From an uncultured virus (IMG/VR IMGVR_UViG_3300032241_000856) (taxonomy: Duplodnaviria > Heunggongvirae > Uroviricota > Caudoviricetes), in IMG/VR virus record IMGVR_UViG_3300032241_000856: a stretch of 64,000 bases of DNA. One strand, given 5' to 3'. The translations under genes were made by a program, and so were the position numbers. Of this stretch, positions 1 to 6,296 are shown piece after piece; positions within the stretch are counted from its first letter, which is position 1, and every line of letters starts with the position of its first letter. A model generated the notes under the pieces. That model did no database searches. It saw only the letters and a list, made by a program, of their open reading frames with translations, and was not told where the DNA came from.

Positions 1-10
1 CAAAAGGCGT

Positions 11-49
11 TATAATACTAACATCAACAGCAAACAAGGAGCGAAACTT
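11..49 (+). promoter_or_regulatory. Early promoter -10 box and conserved leader/RBS, copy 1
   Basis: TATAAT at 11-16, then ACATCAACAGCAAACAAGGAGCGAA before ATG 50; the -35 box lies outside the window. Confidence 0.75.
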
Positions 50-235
50 ATGTCAGATAAACTATATGCATTCTGCGACGCAGTCGTAGCCGTCACAGGA
101 TTCTTCCTAGTCTACGGAGTGTCAGGCACAATTGACACTGCCCCAGACAGTCAATTGTTCACATTATTGGCTATCACAATCGCAGGCCTGGGCTTGTTCT
201 TTGCAGGCGTTAATGGCTTGACAACCCGTAAGTAA
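50..235 (+). CDS. Small membrane protein (two hydrophobic segments), early gene
   Basis: 61-aa ORF with two hydrophobic stretches, own promoter and RBS. Confidence 0.75.
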   Translation: MSDKLYAFCDAVVAVTGFFLVYGVSGTIDTAPDSQLFTLLAITIAGLGLFFAGVNGLTTRK

Positions 236-277
236 GACAGTATAATAACTACTTCAACAACACACAAGGAGCGAACT
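218..277 (+). promoter_or_regulatory. Consensus sigma70 early promoter and conserved leader/RBS, copy 2
   Basis: TTGACA(218-223)-17 nt-TATAAT(241-246), then ACTTCAACAACACACAAGGAGCGAA. Confidence 0.85.
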
Positions 278-598
278 ATGGTAATAGCAGAACAAATCCG
301 TCAAGGTAAATTGTTAGCAGAGGCAGCTGGTCGTGCTATGTATGCACAGGTAGGCGAGCGTGATATGTGCGGTTTTGGTTGGGTTGAGGTCTACGTAGAT
401 CGCACTAACTCAAAGCAGGCCAAAGAGCTGATCGCCGCAGGCTTCCGCAAGGACTACAAACCAAAATGCCTTAGCATGTGGGATCCAGCTGGCATTCCTA
501 CACAGAGCGTATCAGTTAAGGAAGCGGGTGCAAGAGCCTACGCAGACTACTTGAGAGCACTGGGCTTGAACGCCTACGCAGGCAGCCGTTTAGATTGA
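278..598 (+). CDS. Hypothetical phage early protein
   Basis: 106-aa ORF with promoter and RBS; CGFGWV motif. Confidence 0.8.
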   Translation: MVIAEQIRQGKLLAEAAGRAMYAQVGERDMCGFGWVEVYVDRTNSKQAKELIAAGFRKDYKPKCLSMWDPAGIPTQSVSVKEAGARAYADYLRALGLNAYAGSRLD

Positions 599-653
599 CC
601 TTAAGGGGGAAACCCCTTATAATTAATACTTCAACACACACAAGGAGCGAACA
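595..653 (+). promoter_or_regulatory. Sigma70 early promoter and conserved leader/RBS, copy 3, with a hairpin in the spacer
   Basis: TTGACC(595-600)-17 nt-TATAAT(618-623); TAAGGGG-GAAA-CCCCTTA at 602-619; ACTTCAACACACACAAGGAGCGAA. Confidence 0.8.
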
Positions 654-1562
654 ATGGTTAAGGTTGTAAATTCAAGCAAGATGATGATGGCACTACAAAA
701 AGCACCCAAAGGCACTACCACTAGCCTAGAGCAGGACACAGACTATATCAAACAAAAAGAACGTGCCCTACAGGCGGAAACAGATGAACAGATTATGACT
801 CGTTTGGGCGAGCGCTTTGAGATCCTAGAAGACATGACTCGCGCTGTTAAGCGGGGCGACGTTAGGGCTATGATCGTAACAGGCCCTCCAGGCGTAGGTA
901 AGTCATTCGGCGTAGAGAAGGTGCTGAGCAAGCACGATGTGTTCGCTGATGTAGCACAGGACTCTAAGCTGAAGAAGTATGAAGTAGTCAAAGGCGCAAT
1001 GAGTGCCATTGGCTTGTATAAGAAGCTGTTTGAGTTCTCAGATAAGAAATGTATCCTAGTGTTCGATGACTGTGATAGCGTATTGATGGACGACCTGAGC
1101 CTGAACATTCTCAAAGCGGCCCTGGACAGTAATAAGAAGCGCACTATCCATTGGAACACTGACAGCAGACTCTTGCGCTCAGAAGGTGTGCCTAACAGCT
1201 TCGAGTTCAAAGGCGGTGCTATCTTTATCAGTAACATCAAGTTCGATCACGTTAAGAGCAAGAAGCTTCGCGATCACTTGGAAGCATTGGAAAGCCGTTG
1301 CCACTACTTGGACTTGACTATTGATACTACACGTGAGAAGCTGTTACGTATCAAGCAGGTAGTTAAGGACTGTGGCATGCTGGACGAGTATAAGCTAGAG
1401 GACTATCAGAAGCTAGAAGTAGTAGACTTCATTGTGGCTAATGCAGAGCGCATGCGTGAGCTTAGCCTGCGTATGGTGCTTAAGGTAGCAGACCTACGTG
1501 CTAGCATGCCCGACAAGTGGCGTAGCGTAGTAGAAGTAACCTGTATGCGTAACAGCCGCTAA
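654..1562 (+). CDS. AAA+/P-loop ATPase
   Basis: Walker A GPPGVGKS, Walker B LVFDDCD, sensor-like FISN and ALESRC arginine-finger-like motif. Confidence 0.8.
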   Translation: MVKVVNSSKMMMALQKAPKGTTTSLEQDTDYIKQKERALQAETDEQIMTRLGERFEILEDMTRAVKRGDVRAMIVTGPPGVGKSFGVEKVLSKHDVFADVAQDSKLKKYEVVKGAMSAIGLYKKLFEFSDKKCILVFDDCDSVLMDDLSLNILKAALDSNKKRTIHWNTDSRLLRSEGVPNSFEFKGGAIFISNIKFDHVKSKKLRDHLEALESRCHYLDLTIDTTREKLLRIKQVVKDCGMLDEYKLEDYQKLEVVDFIVANAERMRELSLRMVLKVADLRASMPDKWRSVVEVTCMRNSR

Positions 1563-1577
1563 GAGCTGTTGCATCTA

Positions 1578-1688
1578 GTCAGCCCAACGATTCGCTCCCG
1601 GCAAGCTGACACTCAGCGGTGAGAGATTCACCGCACTCTGCCCCTGACATAAATCCGATTCGCTCCCGGTGGTCAGGGGCTTTCTTTT
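1578..1688 (+). ncRNA. Putative structured 3'UTR/small RNA: three hairpins, two with ATTCGCTCC loops, ending in an intrinsic terminator
   Basis: Stems GTCAGC/GCTGAC (1578-1610), GCGGTGA/TCACCGC (1616-1634) and GCCCCTGAC/GTCAGGGGC (1640-1680), then TTTCTTTT; 14-mer CGATTCGCTCCCGG at 1588 and 1656. Confidence 0.65.
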
Positions 1689-1906
1689 GACCGAAGGATC
1701 GAGGTGGTGGCCGGCATTATAATATCTTTTTGATTTTAAAATGGGTGGTCGGCATGCATTTATAAAACTGTTGTCTTTTTACAACGGGCGCATGCAAAAA
1801 ATTAGGGGCTATAGACTCAAAAACCACCTCTCGAATCTGTAAGTAATTCACCACAATTTTTTACGCGGCAATTTTTTTAGCCTGCAGGACCCATTTCGGG
1901 CACAGA

Positions 1907-1932
1907 TAAAAAAGCCCTTTCTAAGAAGGGCT
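1907..1932 (-). terminator. Rho-independent terminator
   Basis: Minus strand AGCCCTT-loop-AAGGGCT followed by a T tract. Confidence 0.7.
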
Positions 1933-1981
1933 AGTGTGCGGACCTGTTCCGCTTGTTAGTTCTACAGTGATCAAATCTCGA

Positions 1982-2056
1982 TCAATTTGGCGGATTCTCA
2001 GAGTGCATGAGTTTTGTTTGGGGCTTGTGATCTAAATACTCTACAGTCATTTTCAT
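1982..2056 (-). CDS. Putative 24-aa peptide MKMTVEYLDHKPQTKLMHSENPPN
   Basis: GGAGG RBS (2061-2065), TAAATA motif (2094-2099), terminator downstream. Confidence 0.35.
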   Translation of the reverse strand: MKMTVEYLDHKPQTKLMHSENPPN

Positions 2057-2173
2057 TCATCCTCCAATACATAGTGTTAGTTCTATGTAATAGTATTTAC
2101 AGACAACACTGAGATTACACCATCAAATAGGCCTATTCTAGAGTCAGCAAAAACCATTAGGGCTATATACTGT

Positions 2174-2290
2174 ATGACTACTCTCTTAGAAAACGTTCTC
2201 TGGATTCTAGCTACATGTGTTGCTACTGTAGCTGTTGTCCCTCCCATACACTGGTTAGGCTACTGGCTCCAAGATCTCTTGGACTTATAA
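2174..2290 (+). CDS. Putative 38-aa hydrophobic peptide
   Basis: MTTLLENVLWILATCVATVAVVPPIHWLGYWLQDLLDL; TATACT just upstream. Confidence 0.35.
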   Translation: MTTLLENVLWILATCVATVAVVPPIHWLGYWLQDLLDL

Positions 2291-2331
2291 CATGTATACA
2301 CCCATTGAAGTCGATCCCGTCTTGATAGAAA

Positions 2332-2613
2332 TCATAATGTCTCTACTGTTTCCCTACAGTAGTTAGCATTATACTCAAACGATATCTGCTGTTTTGCCAG
2401 TAGAAACGTATAGGTCAGCACATGATTTTGCCCTGCTGTAGAGTAGACTGTAGAATCCGGAACTCCTAGTCCCAGTAGAAATGGTTCTCCCATAGTGCTC
2501 ATTATGTCCACTATTGATGAGTCACAGCCGTAGGTCTTAGCCGTAGTTGATTCGGGTGCGCCACTACCACAAGCTGACAGCGTAAATATTGCTATATAAA
2601 TTAAGTGTTTCAT
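2332..2613 (-). CDS. Putative lipoprotein
   Basis: From ATG 2613: MKHLIYIAIFTLSAC, a signal peptide with lipobox LSA-C; TTGCAA-18-TATACT 6 nt upstream. Confidence 0.7.
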   Translation of the reverse strand: MKHLIYIAIFTLSACGSGAPESTTAKTYGCDSSIVDIMSTMGEPFLLGLGVPDSTVYSTAGQNHVLTYTFLLAKQQISFEYNANYCRETVETL

Positions 2614-2690
2614 AGCACTAGTATACACTGCTTGCCCGTGGTCTTGCAAGGGTTGTTACTGTTGTTTACTATTGATTACTCTGTTACTGT

Positions 2691-2885
2691 ATGCATAACT
2701 ATCTACCCAGACTCATTACCGGTTTACTCAGCTTGCTACAAGCTAGTAGCTTACGAGACCGTGTCTACAGTCAAGAACAGCAGATTGAACGACTGTTACT
2801 AGCCATAGAGGACATTGAACGCATTAACGCTAACTCAACAAACCCAAATCAGCTTATAGCAGGGATCTGTAGGAGACTACAGTGA
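2691..2885 (+). CDS. Small hypothetical protein (possible coiled coil)
   Basis: 64-aa ORF with heptad-like QEQQIERLLLAIEDIERI. Confidence 0.5.
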   Translation: MHNYLPRLITGLLSLLQASSLRDRVYSQEQQIERLLLAIEDIERINANSTNPNQLIAGICRRLQ

Positions 2886-2927
2886 GTTCTACAGTATAGA
2901 GGTGCCAATCAGTAACGCTAGTTCGCG

Positions 2928-3010
2928 TTTTACCGCTTTCGCTTCGCGAGTAAAAATATTTTGCCGCTCTGCTTCGCTCTCTAAAATTTTTTCCGCTGCC
3001 GCTTACGCCC
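2928..3010. repeat. Three degenerate repeats with 30-bp period (T-tract-CCGCT-N-GCTT(A)CGC)
   Basis: GCTT at 2941, 2971 and 3001; CCGCT at 2933, 2964 and 2993; A/T tracts between units. Confidence 0.6.
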
Positions 3011-3145
3011 AGAACTCTAGTTGGGGGTGATTCACGGACAGCAAATAATAGATCCATACTACTGCTAGGATTACTGCTACGAGTGCAGAGTATTCGGGAA
3101 AAGTCCAATTTTTCATCCTGTATTTAACACTTGCTAAATAAACTC

Positions 3146-3856
3146 ATGAAGCAATACGAACAAATAATAGCTATTGGCTGTAGCTTTACCTACGGGCATG
3201 AAACTGCAGGGCCCGATCTATGGACAGTGGAAGATCCCAGTCGTGCTTGGCCCGCACATCTAGGGCAGTTACTAGATATTCCCGTGACTAATCTTGCCAT
3301 GTGTGGCGCCAGTAACGAGTGGATCTACTATAAACTCTCCAGCTATCTAATAAAAAATCCCCCAACACAGCCGTCACTTGTTCTAGTGCAATGGAGCTTG
3401 TTTGATCGTATACTGGCAATTCATCCTGAAAACAGTGCTAACTATGCCTGCGTAAGTCCCACAATGATTGAGTCGCACAGCTATGTTAACAACTATTTGC
3501 CATCTACATTTATCCGAAACTACGTAGAATATCTCTGCGTGGATCCTAGAAACGTTCTCAACACCTTGTATAATACTGTGCTCTTAGGCCAGTTGCTGTC
3601 TGCCCATGGACACGGCTTTTACTACTGGCCCGCCAACAGCTTGGCCAAGAGCTTGCCGGGTCTTAAATCTATACCCGAAATATATTGGCACATGGTAGAT
3701 GAATTTGAACGGGGATCCATAATCGACCGTAACTATGACTGGCATCCCCGGCTACACGATCGTGGCCCTAGTGGCGGGCACTTTAGCACTGAATGCCACA
3801 TGTGGTGGGCAGAACAGGTCTTTGAATACCTAAAGACCGGAAATAAAATAGCATAA
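3146..3856 (+). CDS. SGNH/GDSL hydrolase-like protein
   Basis: GCSFTYG block I, NLAMCGASNE block II, C-terminal GHFS; start reassigned to ATG 3146, 5 nt after TAAATA. Confidence 0.65.
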   Translation: MKQYEQIIAIGCSFTYGHETAGPDLWTVEDPSRAWPAHLGQLLDIPVTNLAMCGASNEWIYYKLSSYLIKNPPTQPSLVLVQWSLFDRILAIHPENSANYACVSPTMIESHSYVNNYLPSTFIRNYVEYLCVDPRNVLNTLYNTVLLGQLLSAHGHGFYYWPANSLAKSLPGLKSIPEIYWHMVDEFERGSIIDRNYDWHPRLHDRGPSGGHFSTECHMWWAEQVFEYLKTGNKIA

Positions 3857-3877
3857 ATAATTGATCGGAGAATTCAT

Positions 3878-4051
3878 ATGTCATCAAATCTAGACGTTAA
3901 TCACACAGAAGCCGTTGCCGCTAAAAATCCCACAATGCCCAAGCCAGGCACCAAGGAACACGACGATCTTGTCAAAGAAACTGCCGGTGCTTGCATCTGG
4001 AATCCAAACTTTGATTACGAAGCGCACCTAGCAGTAACACAGCCTAAGTAA
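3878..4051 (+). CDS. 57-aa hypothetical protein
   Basis: TAAATA at 3854-3859, GGAG RBS, ORF MSSNLDVNHT...ACIWNPNFDYEAHLAVTQPK. Confidence 0.6.
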   Translation: MSSNLDVNHTEAVAAKNPTMPKPGTKEHDDLVKETAGACIWNPNFDYEAHLAVTQPK

Positions 4052-4610
4052 TATTAAAGGCTACTGAAATACGATCTAGCCCGCTTAGATTAGCTTCTAC
4101 GCTGTGGGCCAGTTCACTGGGGAACAAGACCATAGTGCCGGGACTGCACTGATGTCTAATAACACTTTGATTGTATCTGTTGGTAAAACCCCCAAATGTT
4201 CCGGTAATATAGTCAGCTAGGCTATTGCGGTGAAATAACAAGTCACCCGAGCCTGGTTCTGCTTGTGCATAGTAAACGCCACTCAGCTGGCTGCCCGGGT
4301 GGCTATGCACTGTGTTATAATCCTTAACTCCGTTGATGTTGACCCAGTAACTGACCACTCGACCCTGGCGACTCATGCCCCATTCTTGACAAGCAGAGGC
4401 TGCCAGTTGCTCTATGGCCATCAGCAGATGTTGCGTTTGCTCAAATGCCCTACTAGGCGGGCGAGCTGTTGACTGATAGCCCCCGGCATTGCTTATTTGG
4501 CGCCCTGCGTCTTGATATCTAGTGGCCTGGACTTCTGCTACTATATCCCTGGGATCTATGCCGTCAACTGGCCATGACCATATGGGTGTTGCCCAATATT
4601 CATTTTTCAT
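4044..4610 (-). CDS. Putative 2OG-Fe(II) oxygenase (TIGR02466-like)
   Basis: HSH...LSGVYY...FPSELAHSV...RISVAFN. Confidence 0.85.
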   Translation of the reverse strand: MKNEYWATPIWSWPVDGIDPRDIVAEVQATRYQDAGRQISNAGGYQSTARPPSRAFEQTQHLLMAIEQLAASACQEWGMSRQGRVVSYWVNINGVKDYNTVHSHPGSQLSGVYYAQAEPGSGDLLFHRNSLADYITGTFGGFTNRYNQSVIRHQCSPGTMVLFPSELAHSVEANLSGLDRISVAFNIT

Positions 4611-4614
4611 CTTG

Positions 4615-5190
4615 TTAACTCAGGTTAAAGCCCATGCTAATTCGATCTTCACTGCTGAGATTTCTCTCAACTGAGTGCGTTAGCCAACTAGGGAATATGA
4701 CCAAAGTCCCAGCTTGAGCCGGGAACTTTATTCTGGTAGTGTTGTATTTGTTATCCTGCCAACCGCCCCAGGTCATTTGTATAAAGTCATTTTCCACGCG
4801 GTTATGCAACAATAGATCACCTGAGTTTTCGGGAACCTTGGACCAGTAGACAGCACTCATGGTAGACCCTGGATGGCAGTGCGCTTCGGTATAGTCGTTT
4901 GTCTCAAATATATTGACCCAGAATCCAGTGACCTTGGGCAAATGACTAAAGCCAAATTCTCCAAACACGTCTATGGACAGTTTTTCTATCAGACCGATTA
5001 GTTTTTTAGTTTCGGGCTTGGCCAGGGCGGATTTTATAATACTGCTGTTATATCCTCCGCTACGACTGGCTTTATTGCCGCCGGGATCTTCAGTTTGTCT
5101 TTCATATACTTCTTGCGAAATAATACGGGGATCAATGCTGGGTATTTCAATTGACCACACAGGTGTGGCCCATAAGTCTTGCTTTTTCAA
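4615..5190 (-). CDS. Putative 2OG-Fe(II) oxygenase (TIGR02466-like), tandem paralog
   Basis: HCH...SAVYW...FPSWLTHSV...RISMGFN. Confidence 0.85.
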   Translation of the reverse strand: MKKQDLWATPVWSIEIPSIDPRIISQEVYERQTEDPGGNKASRSGGYNSSIIKSALAKPETKKLIGLIEKLSIDVFGEFGFSHLPKVTGFWVNIFETNDYTEAHCHPGSTMSAVYWSKVPENSGDLLLHNRVENDFIQMTWGGWQDNKYNTTRIKFPAQAGTLVIFPSWLTHSVERNLSSEDRISMGFNLS

Positions 5191-5846
5191 TCTACTATTC
5201 TCCTAAATCTTTGTGTGGGGCTTAATTCTATTGACCCTAGCTTACGAACAAACAAGGTTAGAGTTAATCTTTCATCTCCGCCTGTATCGTAAGCGGGAAC
5301 TCCGTGATACTGGCTAGCATCAAATACGAACAGTCTATTGTAGACATTGCTACAGCGTAGGGTTTCTTCATAGTAACTGTTGTTCTTAGCACGAGCCTGT
5401 TGATACTGGTCAGTGTCAGTGGCCAAAGCCACATTGCCACGCTTTTTAATCTGTATCAGTTCAGGGTCTATGGGATCTGTGATATCCTTACGGCGGTATA
5501 TGCTAGTGCCAGTTGAGGGGTTGGCATTGGGTGTTAGATAAATGATAGCAATGACTAGATCGTCATTGTCTTGGTGAACCCAGCCTTGTTGAAACTCTTT
5601 GGTAACACGTTGGAATCCGCCATAAGCGTCCCAAAATACATCTGTTGTTTTTACGTCCCAGAACAAGCTGAATATGCGCTTGCACACATGTTCAAACAGC
5701 CTAGGATTGAGATCACTTAGTAAGTCACTGCGCATGCCGGGCCAGTTGCCTTCGGGATCTGATATGTAGTTTTGTTTGAGCGCAAATGCTCTAATGCTGT
5801 CCGGATCTTCTAGGAAGTCGTCAACTATTGTTGTAGGAATAATCAT
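5187..5846 (-). CDS. 2OG-Fe(II) oxygenase-like protein (DUF6445-like)
   Basis: IVDDFLEDPD, WPGMRS, WVHQD, IIYL, YNRL, YH, RLT. Confidence 0.75.
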   Translation of the reverse strand: MIIPTTIVDDFLEDPDSIRAFALKQNYISDPEGNWPGMRSDLLSDLNPRLFEHVCKRIFSLFWDVKTTDVFWDAYGGFQRVTKEFQQGWVHQDNDDLVIAIIYLTPNANPSTGTSIYRRKDITDPIDPELIQIKKRGNVALATDTDQYQQARAKNNSYYEETLRCSNVYNRLFVFDASQYHGVPAYDTGGDERLTLTLFVRKLGSIELSPTQRFRRIVD

Positions 5847-5865
5847 ACTCCTATTTAGTGGTCAG

Positions 5866-6123
5866 TTAACCCCACTGCAATAAGAATAGAGTCCTGTGCT
5901 TGTCAAATTTAAATGCCACACTTACATGATAACATTCTGTGGCCATGTTCCAAGCCCAACGCTTGTATCTGGGTCCTGTATATTCTTCTAGCCAATTTTC
6001 TATGCTGACCACACCTACAATCCAGTCTAATTGCTCGCAAACACGACCCGGCCATTGCACATCTGCAATGTATTCAAAGTCATGCTTTACTGGAACGTAA
6101 TCCCAAGTAGGATAGTGTGGCAT
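5866..6123 (-). CDS. Hypothetical phage protein
   Basis: 85-aa ORF ending FLLQWG; TAAATA 5 nt upstream of ATG. Confidence 0.7.
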   Translation of the reverse strand: MPHYPTWDYVPVKHDFEYIADVQWPGRVCEQLDWIVGVVSIENWLEEYTGPRYKRWAWNMATECYHVSVAFKFDKHRTLFLLQWG

Positions 6124-6149
6124 AATATTATTTACTAAATATTTGCCAA

Positions 6150-6296
6150 ATGAACGACTATGAACCTACTACAGAAGAAGAATCGTGGACCACTAGAGAA
6201 AAGATTCTAGTGGCTCTAGTGGTTGCTTTTATTTTATTAGAACTCAGCACCATGTGGACTTGGTGCCAGTGGTTTACCAACTGTCCTAAGTCCTAG
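6150..6296 (+). CDS. 48-aa membrane peptide
   Basis: MNDYEPTTEEESWTTREKILVALVVAFILLE...; TAAATA at 6136-6141. Confidence 0.5.
   Translation: MNDYEPTTEEESWTTREKILVALVVAFILLELSTMWTWCQWFTNCPKS

Noticed and set aside
743..1240. 165-aa minus-strand ORF
   Set aside because: Antisense shadow of the AAA ATPase with no RBS or motifs.
1588..1669. Two identical 14-mers 68 nt apart as a CRISPR mini-array
   Set aside because: The repeat is too short, has only two copies with different flanks, and no cas genes are present; hairpin loops explain it better.
1562..1690. tRNA or tmRNA
   Set aside because: No convincing acceptor stem, T-loop arm or CCA end; the hairpins are serial. I recognised no tRNA elsewhere in the window, but tRNAscan was not run.
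2854..3108. 84-aa minus-strand ORF over the 30-bp repeats
   Set aside because: Non-ATG start and implausible composition; a TAAATA at 3126-3121 means some transcription cannot be excluded.
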